64,000 bases of DNA from an uncultured virus (IMG/VR IMGVR_UViG_3300030331_003482) (IMGVR_UViG_3300030331_003482:1-64000); one strand, 5' to 3'. Shown: positions 1-10,441, numbered from the stretch's first letter. Translations and numbers: made by a program. The notes: a model not told the origin generated them from the letters alone.

Positions 1-1
1 T

Positions 2-676
2 AATGGAACTGATGTGGGTAAATTTAAAGTTGCTAGTGCAGGTGTAAACCACGCTGTTCAAATAGGTAGTATTAGTAATAACGAAGTGCAATTTCACACT
101 AACAATAGTGAAAAAATGCGTATTACGTCAGCAGGAAACGTAGGAATAAACATAACAAATCCAGGTCAAAAACTTACTGTTAGTAGCGATGGTAGCGGTA
201 CTTCAGATGTAGTTAGAATTAATCATGGTAATGGTAGTCACACTGGCTATGGGTTAAGTATTAGATCAGGAAATACAGGTAATGCACTGCATATTGACGG
301 GACATCTGGTAGTGGTTTTGCAACAATAACATCAGCTTATAATTCAAATCCTTCGCTTCAAATATCTGGTGATGTTGTTGCTTTTGCTTCTTCTGATAAA
401 AGATTTAAAGATAACTTAGAAGTTATTAAAAATCCTATAGATAAATTACAACATTTAAATGGATATACTTTTGAATGGAATAACAAGCAAGATGTTTACA
501 AAGGAAAAGATTATGGAGTTGTTGCTCAAGAAGTAGAAAAAGTAGCTCCTGAGTTAGTAAACACTAGGTTCGATGGTTATAAAGCCGTTAAATACGAAAA
601 ATTAGTACCCTTATTAATTGAGAGTATAAAAGAATTAAAGCTTGAAATAGAAGAACTTAAAAAACAAATAAAATAA
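2..676 (+). CDS. Tail fibre C-terminal part with peptidase S74 intramolecular chaperone (5'-truncated by window edge)
   Basis: Frame is open from the window start. It has the fibre repeat EKMRITSAGNVGI, then S74-type SDKRFKDN...LNGYTFEW...YGVVAQEVE...VKYEKLVPLLIESIKEL and a coiled coil. Confidence 0.85.
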   Translation, partial: NGTDVGKFKVASAGVNHAVQIGSISNNEVQFHTNNSEKMRITSAGNVGINITNPGQKLTVSSDGSGTSDVVRINHGNGSHTGYGLSIRSGNTGNALHIDGTSGSGFATITSAYNSNPSLQISGDVVAFASSDKRFKDNLEVIKNPIDKLQHLNGYTFEWNNKQDVYKGKDYGVVAQEVEKVAPELVNTRFDGYKAVKYEKLVPLLIESIKELKLEIEELKKQIK

Positions 677-1290
677 TGACCTTACCAGCATCAGGATCTT
701 TATCAATTGGCGCTATAAATGTAGAGATGGGTAGAACTAATACCACACAAAATACAAGTTTATCACAATTGTCTGATGGAACTCATGGAACTATAAATGT
801 AGCTAATTTAAATGAAAATAAACCAGATGCATCTCTACCTCATGTTATGAGCGAGTTTCATAAGTATGAACATGTTGTTACTGTAAACGCAGTACCTGGA
901 TCTTTTAGTCAATTTTCTAGTAGTTCTCACAGTAGCGCAGGAACTATTACTGTTACTCATGCAGAACACTCTACTTTTTATGTTTCTTCAAAACCTAGTT
1001 GGGTTACTATAACTTCAGGAAACTTTGGAAGTAGTTTAAAAGATACTGGAGATGGTAACGTAACATTTAACGTGTCTGCTAATAGCGGTAGCGCAAGAAG
1101 TGGAAACATAGTAATAACTTATGACGTAGGCACAACAGGTGGAGGTTTAGGTGATGCAAACACTACAACTACAAGATCTGTTTCTGTTAGTCAAGCTGGA
1201 ACTTCTAGTGGAGGTGGTGGTAACCAAGGCGGTGGACCAGGCGGTGGTGGAGGTATACCACCAGGTGGTGGTGGAGGAGAAGCACCATAA
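676..1290 (+). CDS. Putative tail-tip adhesin with BACON-like domain and Gly-rich tail
   Basis: N-terminus MTLPASGSLSIGAINVE resembles fibre-associated small proteins. PSWVTIT..G.G.VTFNVSAN.G.ARSG.I...VSVSQAG matches the BACON pattern. Confidence 0.6.
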   Translation: MTLPASGSLSIGAINVEMGRTNTTQNTSLSQLSDGTHGTINVANLNENKPDASLPHVMSEFHKYEHVVTVNAVPGSFSQFSSSSHSSAGTITVTHAEHSTFYVSSKPSWVTITSGNFGSSLKDTGDGNVTFNVSANSGSARSGNIVITYDVGTTGGGLGDANTTTTRSVSVSQAGTSSGGGGNQGGGPGGGGGIPPGGGGGEAP

Positions 1291-1386
1291 GAAATTTAAA
1301 ATAACAGTAAATACTGTAATTATAATTACATGCGGTAAAACCGCTTTATAAATATAAAATTTGTTTAACCTTTAAATTTAAATAAC

Positions 1387-1758
1387 ATGGCATTAAAAGG
1401 AGCTTATGATTACAAAGGTATCGCTATAAGTGATGCGTATGTAAAAATATCAAACGTAAATTGGAGCTGCAATCAAAGTTCTGAACAATACGTAAAGACA
1501 GCGGCTGTGTTCAATTCTGATGGTACAATTAAAACCCCTGAAGTAACTGATACTAGATGGGTACAAAATACTTTTGGAAATTGGCATGCAAATGTTTATA
1601 AAGATAAAGCAGCTAGAGATGCAAATCCTAACGAACATATCTGCTCAATTAGCGGATCTTTTGATATGGACTTGAAAGACAGCGCTAAAAATCCTGTAAA
1701 ACAGGCTTACGTTGCAGTAAAAGCAATGGATCTTTATAAAGATATGACAGACGCGTAG
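1387..1758 (+). CDS. Hypothetical protein (tail-fibre associated)
   Basis: 123-aa ORF with typical codon use and an A-rich leader. Confidence 0.7.
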   Translation: MALKGAYDYKGIAISDAYVKISNVNWSCNQSSEQYVKTAAVFNSDGTIKTPEVTDTRWVQNTFGNWHANVYKDKAARDANPNEHICSISGSFDMDLKDSAKNPVKQAYVAVKAMDLYKDMTDA

Positions 1759-1779
1759 TAGCTATGAAAATAGCTATTT
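1759..1779 (+). terminator. Small hairpin, possible weak terminator
   Basis: TAGCTAT-GAAA-ATAGCTA followed by TTT, immediately after a stop codon. Confidence 0.35.
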
Positions 1780-1842
1780 AATATTATTATATTGTATGTA
1801 ATAATATTATTATAAAATTTTAACACTTTAATAAAATAAATT

Positions 1843-2115
1843 ATGAATAAAGAAGTAAAAAAAATATCTGAGGAGCAGTTAACAGAGCTTCAAGGACACG
1901 TTAATAAAATTAACCAAGCGCAATTACAGCTTGGTGGCTTAGAATCTCAAAAACATAATTTACTACACGCTGTAGTAAAAATGCAGACTGAGTTAACTGA
2001 GCTTCAAGGTAAATTAGAGGAAGAATATGGTAAAGTAAGTATTAATATACAAGACGGAACTATTGCAGAAATTCCTGAAGAAAACGTGGAAAATGAAGCT
2101 AATAAGGAAAATTAG
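1843..2115 (+). CDS. Hypothetical coiled-coil protein
   Basis: 90-aa heptad-rich ORF. Confidence 0.7.
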   Translation: MNKEVKKISEEQLTELQGHVNKINQAQLQLGGLESQKHNLLHAVVKMQTELTELQGKLEEEYGKVSINIQDGTIAEIPEENVENEANKEN

Positions 2116-2311
2116 TATAGGCAAAGATTATAAAAATGACGCAATGCATTACTCCGTAGGCCAAGAAGTCTACGGAGGGCACGTCATTTGTGATATAGTT
2201 GAAGGCGAAACAAAGTATAGTATTTTTATAGAAAAAAATAAAGATGTTATTCCTTGGAAAGATTTTAACAAAAATATGGCTATATCAGTAGAATATAATC
2301 TTGAATATTAA
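2093..2311 (+). CDS. Hypothetical protein
   Basis: ATG at 2093 (MKLIRKISIGKDYK...); stop overlaps the next start. Confidence 0.7.
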   Translation: MKLIRKISIGKDYKNDAMHYSVGQEVYGGHVICDIVEGETKYSIFIEKNKDVIPWKDFNKNMAISVEYNLEY

Positions 2312-2856
2312 TGAAAAGTACGTTTTATTTTTTAATAAAACCTAAAGCGAAGCGATATAACAATACTAAGCAAGTTGGTGATAAAGAACTTATTTTAAAT
2401 ACTGAAATATTTTCACATCAATATATTAGTAGACAAGCTATTGTTGTAGGTTTACCTACGCAATTTAATACGCCTATAAATATTGGTGACGAAGTTATTG
2501 TTCATCATAATGTTTTTAGAAGGTGGCATAATGCTAGAGGTGAAGAAAAAAATAGTAGCAGTTATATAAATGAAAATTTATATAAGGTTGATGATATGCA
2601 ATTATACGCATATAAAAATAACAACACTTGGAAAGCTCTTCCAGGTTATACTTTTGTAAAACCTATAGAAAATGGTGTAGGTGAAGTACAATACTCTGAT
2701 GTTTACAAACAAGGTGATATAGTTAGTTATTTACCTGTAGGTGAATATGAGTTTATGATTGATGATCAAAAACTATACAGAGTAAAAACAAATTTTATTA
2801 CAATTAAATATGAATACAAACCAGAAAAAAAAGAGCATAATAGAAGCTGGGTATAA
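2311..2856 (+). CDS. Tandem GroES-like (Cpn10-fold) protein
   Basis: Two GroES-like units: FLIKP...ILNT...AIVVGLP...INIGDEVIVHH, and YTFVKPI...GEVQY...KQGDIVSY...YEFMIDDQKLYRVK. Confidence 0.5.
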   Translation: MKSTFYFLIKPKAKRYNNTKQVGDKELILNTEIFSHQYISRQAIVVGLPTQFNTPINIGDEVIVHHNVFRRWHNARGEEKNSSSYINENLYKVDDMQLYAYKNNNTWKALPGYTFVKPIENGVGEVQYSDVYKQGDIVSYLPVGEYEFMIDDQKLYRVKTNFITIKYEYKPEKKEHNRSWV

Positions 2857-3085
2857 AGCAGTTGATGAATTGATCAAAGTGGCAAAAGAGAAAATCGTCG
2901 ATTCTGATGACGATGTTTCTGCTGATAGACTTAAAAATGCTGCAGCAACAAAAAAATTAGCTATATTTGATGCTTTTGAAATACTTAATCGTATAGAAGA
3001 AGAAAAAAATATATTAGAAGATAAACCAAAAGAAGAAAGTAAACCTAAATCTTTTGGTGGTTTTGCAGAAAGAAGATCTAAGTAA
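2810..3085 (+). CDS. Putative terminase small subunit
   Basis: Small helical protein directly upstream of, and translationally coupled to, terL. Positional inference. Confidence 0.45.
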   Translation: MNTNQKKKSIIEAGYKAVDELIKVAKEKIVDSDDDVSADRLKNAAATKKLAIFDAFEILNRIEEEKNILEDKPKEESKPKSFGGFAERRSK

Positions 3086-5289
3086 TGTACGAACAAAGCT
3101 TATATAAAATAATAGAACCTATAAGGGCTAATACAATTAAACGTCTCAATAAAAGTAAAAAATGGGAATATGGTTATAACAAAGAACATGATGTTGTTGT
3201 TATATCTAAAGATGGTACTATAGGTGAAATATATAATATACAAAATCTTAAAATAGCATTACCAAAACAACCTAAAAAAGTTCACAGGTTTAATAGTGAC
3301 AAATGGGAAGTAACTCAATATCCAAAAGCTCTTGAAAGAATCAAGACTATATTTGATTGGAGAGATTATCCTAATAGTTTTAAAGATAAGTATATTGATT
3401 ATATTGAAAATGAATTTAGAAGAAGAGAAAGAGGTTTCTGGTTTTATAACAAAAACACTCCTTGTTATATTACTGGTACTCATTACATGTACCTCCAATG
3501 GTCAAAAATTGACGTCGGACACCCTGATTTCAGAGAAGCAAATAGATTATTCTACATTTTTTGGGAGGCCTGCAAAGCGGACCAGAGAAGTTATGGAATG
3601 TGCTATCTCAAAAATAGACGCTCAGGCTTTTCTTTTATGGCATCGGGGGAAACAGTTAACAGTGCCACAATATCTTCCGATTCACGCTTTGGGATACTGT
3701 CCAAATCTGGTCCCGATGCGAAGAAAATGTTCACGGATAAAGTTGTCCCAATTTCAGTTAACTATCCATTCTTCTTCAAACCTATCCAAGACGGTATGGA
3801 TCGACCTAAGACAGAACTGGCGTACAGAGTACCAGCATCTAAACTTACCAGAAAAAACATTACCACCTCTTCCAGTGATAAACCAGAAGAGCTCACAGGG
3901 CTCGATACAACTATCGACTGGAAAAATACCGGTGATAATTCGTATGACGGAGAAAAACTCAAACTCCTCGTCCATGACGAATCAGGCAAGTGGGAAAGGC
4001 CAAACAACATCCTCAACAACTGGAGGGTCACAAAGACAACATTAAGGTTAGGTAGTAGAGTTATAGGTAAGTGTATGATGGGATCAACATCAAACGCTTT
4101 AGATAAAGGTGGTGACAATTTTAAGAAATTATATTATGACTCAGACGTCACAAAAAGAAATCGCAATGGACAGACTAGCTCGGGATTATATAGTTTGTTC
4201 ATACCTATGGAATGGAACTACGAAGGATTCATTGATGCTTATGGTATACCTGTATTCGATACGCCAGAGCAAGAAGTTGAAGGACCGTACGGTGATTTTA
4301 TAGACGTTGGTGTTATAGATCACTGGCAAAATGAAGCAGACGGTTTAAAAAACGATCAAGATGCTTTAAATGAATTTTATAGACAGTTTCCAAGAACTGA
4401 AGAACACGCTTTCAGAGATGAAACTAAAAATAGTATATTTAATTTAGCTAGAATATACGAGCAAATAGATTATAATGATTATAATAAAAAACCTATAAAA
4501 GGTAATTTTCAATGGAAAGATGGTGTTAAAGACACACAGGTTGTTTTCTCACCAGATTTAAGTAACGGAAGATTTAATATATCATGGGTACCACCATTAG
4601 ATTTACAAAATAAATATGTTGTAAAAAATGGTTTGAAATATCCTGGTAATGAACACATAGGTGCTCTTGGTTGTGATAGTTACGATATATCAGGAACTGT
4701 TGATAAAAAAGGATCAAAAGGTTCTTTACATGGTTTAACTAAGTTTAGCATGGAAGATGCTCCACCTAATAAATTTTTTTTAGAATATATAGCTAGACCA
4801 CAAACAGCAGAAATATTTTTTGAAGATGTATTAATGGCTTGCGTATTTTATGGTATGCCAATATTAGCAGAAAATAATAAACCAAGATTATTATACTATT
4901 TAAAACGTAGAGGATATAGAGGTTACTCTATGAACAGACCAGATAAAATATGGAATAAGTTATCTGTGACTGAAAAAGAAATAGGTGGTATACCTAACTC
5001 AAGTGAAGATATAAAACAAGCTCATGCTGCGGCTATTGAAAGTTATATCTCACAACACGTTGGTGAGTCTGACAAAATACCATTTAATAGCACTTTAAAT
5101 GATTGGTCTAAATTTGACATTAATAATAGAACAAAGTTTGATGCTACTATTAGTTCAGGTTTAGCTATTATGGCTTGTAACAGACATTTATATACACCAA
5201 AACAAGAGAGATCAACTACAACAATAAATTTTGGTTTCTCAAAATATAACAATAAAGGAACAGTATCAAAAATAATAAATAATGATTAA
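3085..5289 (+). CDS. terL: Terminase large subunit
   Basis: Walker A variant LKNRRSGFS, Walker B LLVHDESGK, coupling motif GSTSN, C-terminal nuclease acidic motifs (GCDSYD, LAENN, FDATIS); directly upstream of the portal. Confidence 0.9.
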   Translation: MYEQSLYKIIEPIRANTIKRLNKSKKWEYGYNKEHDVVVISKDGTIGEIYNIQNLKIALPKQPKKVHRFNSDKWEVTQYPKALERIKTIFDWRDYPNSFKDKYIDYIENEFRRRERGFWFYNKNTPCYITGTHYMYLQWSKIDVGHPDFREANRLFYIFWEACKADQRSYGMCYLKNRRSGFSFMASGETVNSATISSDSRFGILSKSGPDAKKMFTDKVVPISVNYPFFFKPIQDGMDRPKTELAYRVPASKLTRKNITTSSSDKPEELTGLDTTIDWKNTGDNSYDGEKLKLLVHDESGKWERPNNILNNWRVTKTTLRLGSRVIGKCMMGSTSNALDKGGDNFKKLYYDSDVTKRNRNGQTSSGLYSLFIPMEWNYEGFIDAYGIPVFDTPEQEVEGPYGDFIDVGVIDHWQNEADGLKNDQDALNEFYRQFPRTEEHAFRDETKNSIFNLARIYEQIDYNDYNKKPIKGNFQWKDGVKDTQVVFSPDLSNGRFNISWVPPLDLQNKYVVKNGLKYPGNEHIGALGCDSYDISGTVDKKGSKGSLHGLTKFSMEDAPPNKFFLEYIARPQTAEIFFEDVLMACVFYGMPILAENNKPRLLYYLKRRGYRGYSMNRPDKIWNKLSVTEKEIGGIPNSSEDIKQAHAAAIESYISQHVGESDKIPFNSTLNDWSKFDINNRTKFDATISSGLAIMACNRHLYTPKQERSTTTINFGFSKYNNKGTVSKIINND

Positions 5290-7699
5290 AACAAAAGGTA
5301 AATCTAGTTTTCCAAGTCAGGCAGTGCCTGATGTAGAAAAATCTAGTTTAGAATATGGCTTGCAAGTTGCAAAGGCTGTAGAGTCCGAGTGGTTTAAGCA
5401 GGATCAAGGTAGATCAAGATACTACGATACAGCAAACCATTTCCATGAATTAAAATTATACGCAAGAGGAGAACAGAGTATACAAAAATATAAAGATGAA
5501 TTATCTATTAATGGTGATTTATCTTATCTTAATTTAGACTGGAAGCCAGTACCTATTATACCTAAATTTGTTGATATTGTTGTTAATGGTATATCAGAAA
5601 GATTATATAAAATAAAAGCATTTTCACAAGATTCTGTAGCAGCTCAAAAAAGAACTGATTATATTGAAGCTATGGTTGAAGATATGCAGTTTAAAACATT
5701 TAAAACAAATGTTCAACAGCAAACAGGTTTAAACACGTTTAATAACGATCCTAATAAATTACCTGAAAATGATGAAGAATTATCAGTGCACATGCAGCTT
5801 GACTATAAACAATCAATTGAAATAGCAGAAGAAGAAGCATTAGACAATGTAATGAATTTAAACAAGTATAGTTTAGTTAAAAAAAGATTAGATTATGATT
5901 TAGCTGTACTTGGTATAGCTTGTGTTAAAAACAGTTTTAATACAGCTGAAGGAATTAAAATAGAATATGTAGATCCTTCAAAGATTGTTTACTCATATAG
6001 TGATTCACCGTACTTTGATGATTTATACTACTTTGGTGAAGTTAGAAGAACAACTATAACAGAATTAAAAAAACAATTTCCTGAAATGACTCAAGAGCAG
6101 GTAGAAGATCTTGAGAAAAAATATACAGATTCAAAATACGATAAATATGTTTATTATCCTGAAGATAGCCAAAATTCAAATTATGTAAATGTATTGTATT
6201 TTGAATATAAAACTTTTCACAATCAAGTATATAAAGTAAAGCAAACTGCTAGTGGTGCAGATAAAGCTTTACAAAAAGATGATACATTTAACCCACCAAA
6301 AGATAATAGAGCTAAATTTGAAAGAGTAGCAAGATCTATAGAGGTTTTATATAGTGGTGTAAAGATATTAGGTCACGATGTTTTATTAGACTGGAAGATG
6401 TGTGAGAATATGACAAGACCAAAATCTGATATTACTAAAGTTGCTATGAGTTATAACTTAGTAGCACCTAGGATGTATAAAGGTAGACCTGAGTCTTTAG
6501 TTAGTAGAATGACAACGTTTGCTGACATGATTCAGTTAACACATTTAAAAATACAACAAGTAATGTCTCGTATGGTACCTGATGGTGTTTATTTAGATGC
6601 TGATGGACTTGCTGAAATAGATTTAGGTAACGGTACTAATTATAATCCACAGGAAGCATTAAATATGTATTTCCAAACTGGTAGTGTTATTGGTAGATCA
6701 ATGACGCAAGACGGTGATTTTAATAATGGTAAAATGCCTATACAAGAATTACAATCAAGTAATGGTCAAGCTAAAATAGGTAGTTTAATAAACGCTTACA
6801 ATTATTATCTACAAATGATAAGAGATGTAACCGGTTTAAATGAAGCAAGAGACGGTAGTAAGCCAAATGAAAAATCATTAGTTGGTTTACAAAAATTAGC
6901 AGCTGCTAATAGTAACACAGCTACAAAACATATTCTTGACGCTGGTATTTATTTAACACTAAAAACAGCTGAAGCTGTATCATTAAGAGTTTCAGATGTA
7001 TTAGAATATTCTAACAGTAGAAATCAATTTATTAATTCATTAGGTAGATTTAATGTTGGTACACTAAACCAAGTTAAAGAGTTACACATACATGATTTTG
7101 GTATATTCTTAGAGTTAGAACCAGACGAAGAAGAAAAACAAAGATTAGAAAACAATATTCAAATGGCGCTGCAACAAAAAGCAATAGAGCTTGAAGATGC
7201 TATTGATATTAGAGAAGTTAAAAATTTAAAACTAGCTAATCAATTGTTAAAACTTAGAAGAAGAAAGAAACAAGAAAGAGATCAAGCAATGCAACAGCAA
7301 AATATTAAAGCTAATGCAGATGCTAATGCTCAATCTTCTCAAGCTGCAGCTCAAGCAGAAGCTCAGAAGCAACAAGTTGTAACTGAAAGTAAAGTACAGC
7401 TAGCACAAATGCAGAATAAACTTGACATCGAAAAGATGGAAAAAGAAGCTCAAATAAAATTTGATTTAATGGAAAAAGAGTTTGAGTTGAACATGAAGCT
7501 TAAAGATGGTGAAAGACAAGTGATTAAAGATAAAGAGAAGTATAAAGAAGATCGTAAAGACGAAAGAACTAGAATACAAGCTACTCAACAGTCTGAATTA
7601 ATCGATCAAAGAAAAAAAGATTTACCAGCTAAAAAGTTTGAGTCTGCCGGCTTTGACAATTTAGGTGGTTTTGACTTGGAACAATTTGATCCAAGATAA
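5282..7699 (+). CDS. Portal protein
   Basis: 805 aa after terL. PIIPKFVDIVV and IRDVTGLNEARDG motifs, and a long Q/A-rich C-terminal coiled coil as in P22/crAss-like portals. Confidence 0.85.
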   Translation: MIKTKGKSSFPSQAVPDVEKSSLEYGLQVAKAVESEWFKQDQGRSRYYDTANHFHELKLYARGEQSIQKYKDELSINGDLSYLNLDWKPVPIIPKFVDIVVNGISERLYKIKAFSQDSVAAQKRTDYIEAMVEDMQFKTFKTNVQQQTGLNTFNNDPNKLPENDEELSVHMQLDYKQSIEIAEEEALDNVMNLNKYSLVKKRLDYDLAVLGIACVKNSFNTAEGIKIEYVDPSKIVYSYSDSPYFDDLYYFGEVRRTTITELKKQFPEMTQEQVEDLEKKYTDSKYDKYVYYPEDSQNSNYVNVLYFEYKTFHNQVYKVKQTASGADKALQKDDTFNPPKDNRAKFERVARSIEVLYSGVKILGHDVLLDWKMCENMTRPKSDITKVAMSYNLVAPRMYKGRPESLVSRMTTFADMIQLTHLKIQQVMSRMVPDGVYLDADGLAEIDLGNGTNYNPQEALNMYFQTGSVIGRSMTQDGDFNNGKMPIQELQSSNGQAKIGSLINAYNYYLQMIRDVTGLNEARDGSKPNEKSLVGLQKLAAANSNTATKHILDAGIYLTLKTAEAVSLRVSDVLEYSNSRNQFINSLGRFNVGTLNQVKELHIHDFGIFLELEPDEEEKQRLENNIQMALQQKAIELEDAIDIREVKNLKLANQLLKLRRRKKQERDQAMQQQNIKANADANAQSSQAAAQAEAQKQQVVTESKVQLAQMQNKLDIEKMEKEAQIKFDLMEKEFELNMKLKDGERQVIKDKEKYKEDRKDERTRIQATQQSELIDQRKKDLPAKKFESAGFDNLGGFDLEQFDPR

Positions 7700-7727
7700 A
7701 TTTTTATTAATTATATAATATTATATT

Positions 7728-8894
7728 ATGGCAGAAAAAAAAGAAGAGGTTGTAGAACAGTCGTCTGAACAAACTAAAGTTGAAGAAACTAAAGTTGAAG
7801 AAACGCCTGTTGAAGAACCTAAAAAAGATACTGGCTTCCAGGAAGACGGTACTTACAAAGTAGACTTTAATCAACAAGAAGAAAATGAAAAAGAAAAAGT
7901 TGATGGTAAAGTAAATATAGAGCCTGTTGAAGAAGAAAAACAGGAAGAAATAAAAGAAGAGTTAGTGCTTGAAGAAGTAACTAATGAAGAAGAGCAACCT
8001 GAAACTACTGAAGAAGTAGTAGAAGAAGAGGTTGAAGAAAAAATTGAAGAAAAAACTCCAGAAGTGGAACTACCAGAGAACATACAAAAAGTCGTAGACT
8101 TTATGAATGAGACTGGTGGAACGTTAGAGGACTACGTTCGCCTCAACGCGGATTACTCAAATGTAGATAACGAAGCACTCTTGCGAGAGTACTACAAATC
8201 TACAAAACCTCATTTGTCTTCAGAAGAAGTTAATTTTATGTTAGAAGATAATTTTAGCTACAACGAAGAGACAGATGAACCAAGGGACGTAAAGCGAAAA
8301 AAGCTTGCTTATAAAGAAGCGGTTGCACAAGCTAAAAACCATTTGGAAGGTTTGAAGAGCAAATATTACCAAGAAGTCAAGTTGGGTTCAAGGTTAGCTC
8401 CAGAACAACAAAAGGCTATAGATTTTTTCAATCGTTATAATGATGAGCAAGTTAAGGTTGAAGAGCTAAACGCAAAACAACAAAAACACTTTAATAAAGA
8501 AACTGATAAAGTATTTAATGAGAACTTCAAAGGTTTTGATTTTCAAGTTGGGGACAAAAAATATCGTTACAACGTTAAAGATGCTACGCAAACTAGAGAA
8601 GCTCAAAGTGATGTAGTAAAAGCTTTTAGTGGATTTATAAGTAAAGAGAATTTACTTCAAGATGCTAAAGGTTATCACAAGGCTTTGTTTGCAGCGCGTA
8701 ACGCTGATGCTTTAGCAAATCATTTTTACGAACAAGGTAAAGCCGATGCTGTAAAGCAAATGACCAGTGAAGCTAAAAACATTAATGTTAATAGACAAAC
8801 TTCAGATGGTCAGGTTAAAATCGGTAACCAAAAAATGAGAGTTATAAGCGGCGATAATAGTTCTAACCAAAAATTTCGACTTAAAAATTATTAA
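7728..8894 (+). CDS. Putative capsid scaffolding protein
   Basis: Very acidic N-terminus and helical C-terminus; lies between portal and capsid genes. Confidence 0.65.
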   Translation: MAEKKEEVVEQSSEQTKVEETKVEETPVEEPKKDTGFQEDGTYKVDFNQQEENEKEKVDGKVNIEPVEEEKQEEIKEELVLEEVTNEEEQPETTEEVVEEEVEEKIEEKTPEVELPENIQKVVDFMNETGGTLEDYVRLNADYSNVDNEALLREYYKSTKPHLSSEEVNFMLEDNFSYNEETDEPRDVKRKKLAYKEAVAQAKNHLEGLKSKYYQEVKLGSRLAPEQQKAIDFFNRYNDEQVKVEELNAKQQKHFNKETDKVFNENFKGFDFQVGDKKYRYNVKDATQTREAQSDVVKAFSGFISKENLLQDAKGYHKALFAARNADALANHFYEQGKADAVKQMTSEAKNINVNRQTSDGQVKIGNQKMRVISGDNSSNQKFRLKNY

Positions 8895-8922
8895 ACAAGT
8901 TAAACATTAAAAATTAAAAATT

Positions 8923-10365
8923 ATGGCAAACGTAAGTTTTTCTGGCCCACCGCAGGCCAGTTTGTTAAGCCCTGCTTATCAAAAAATGACGTTGGCGTCT
9001 AATTATTTAGACATCCAAAACAACGGGTGGACACAACAGTATCTACCTGAATTATACGAGCAAGAAGTAGATAGATATGGTAATAGAACTATATCTGGAT
9101 TTCTAGCTATGTTAAGTGCTGAAATGCCTTTACAGTCTGATCAAGTAATTTGGTCTGAACAAGGTAGGTTGCACTTAGCTTATAAAGCAACAATCAACTG
9201 TACAACTGGTGCTGTCACTTCTATTAAAAATATAGATGACAATAACTTAGCTGAAGCACACGCTGTAAGAAAAGGTGCTACTGTAGTAGCTTCTATTACT
9301 GGTGCAGGAGGTACTAAAGTATGCAAAGCAATAGTTGAAGAAGGTATTGAAACATCAACAACTGCTTTAAAACTAAGACCGTATGGTGCTCAAAACTTTG
9401 ACGACTTAGCAACATTAACTGGTAGTGATACTGCTGTAGCAATTAACTTCTTTGTTTATGGTTCTGAGTTTGACAAAGGTACAGATACTATGCAAAACTC
9501 TATAGAGCCTACATTTAAAACTTTTACTAATCAACCAATGATCATCAAAGATCACTTTGAAATCAATGGTTCTGATACTGCTCAAATCGGTTGGATTGAA
9601 GTAGCTGGTGAAAGTGGACAAGGTGGTTACTTATGGTACTTAAAATCTTCAGGTGATACTAGAACTAGATTCAATGATTACATGGAGATGACAATGGTTG
9701 AAGCTGAAAAAGCTGCTGTATCTAACACAGCTACTGCAAACTCTGAAGTAGGTGTTGCAGGTTCTGAAGGTTTATTCTCTGCTATTGAAAACAGAGGTAT
9801 TGTAGCTACTAACTTAGTAGATACTAAAACTGATGCTTTAGCAGATTTTGATAGCCTTTTAGCTGAATTAGACAAGCAAGGAGCTATTGAAGAAAATATG
9901 CTTTACTTAGACAGATCATCTAATCTAGTATTTGATGACATGTTAGCTGAAATTTCTGTTGGATCACAAGGTGGTACTGCTTATGGAGTATTTGAAAACT
10001 CTGAAGACATGGCACTTAACTTAGGTTTCACAGGTTTTAGAAGAGGTTCTTATGACTTCTACAAAACTGATTGGAAATATCTAAATGATCCTTCAACTAG
10101 AGGTTTAATATCAGACATTAAAGGAGTTTTAATTCCTGCTGGTACTTCTAGTGTATATGATCAGCAAGTAGGTGCTAATGTAAGAAAACCTTTCTTACAC
10201 GTCAGATATAGAGCAGGTCAAGCAGATGATAGAAAATTAAAGTCTTGGGTTACTGGATCAGTTGGTGGACCAACTAGTAACAGTATCGATAAGATGGAAA
10301 TACACTATCTATCTGAAAGATGTTTAGTAGTACAAGCTGCAAACAACTTTGCATTATTAAAATAA
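8923..10365 (+). CDS. Major capsid protein
   Basis: 480 aa, follows the scaffold, has highly expressed codon bias and a strong downstream terminator. Confidence 0.8.
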   Translation: MANVSFSGPPQASLLSPAYQKMTLASNYLDIQNNGWTQQYLPELYEQEVDRYGNRTISGFLAMLSAEMPLQSDQVIWSEQGRLHLAYKATINCTTGAVTSIKNIDDNNLAEAHAVRKGATVVASITGAGGTKVCKAIVEEGIETSTTALKLRPYGAQNFDDLATLTGSDTAVAINFFVYGSEFDKGTDTMQNSIEPTFKTFTNQPMIIKDHFEINGSDTAQIGWIEVAGESGQGGYLWYLKSSGDTRTRFNDYMEMTMVEAEKAAVSNTATANSEVGVAGSEGLFSAIENRGIVATNLVDTKTDALADFDSLLAELDKQGAIEENMLYLDRSSNLVFDDMLAEISVGSQGGTAYGVFENSEDMALNLGFTGFRRGSYDFYKTDWKYLNDPSTRGLISDIKGVLIPAGTSSVYDQQVGANVRKPFLHVRYRAGQADDRKLKSWVTGSVGGPTSNSIDKMEIHYLSERCLVVQAANNFALLK

Positions 10366-10383
10366 TTAATATTATTTTTTAAA

Positions 10384-10420
10384 GAGTTAGGCGCTTCGGC
10401 GCCTAGCACTTTATTTTTTT
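10384..10420 (+). terminator. Rho-independent terminator
   Basis: TAGGCGC-TTCG-GCGCCTA (cUUCGg tetraloop) followed by a T-rich tract. Confidence 0.85.
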
Positions 10421-10441
10421 AAACTTTTATTATATTATATC

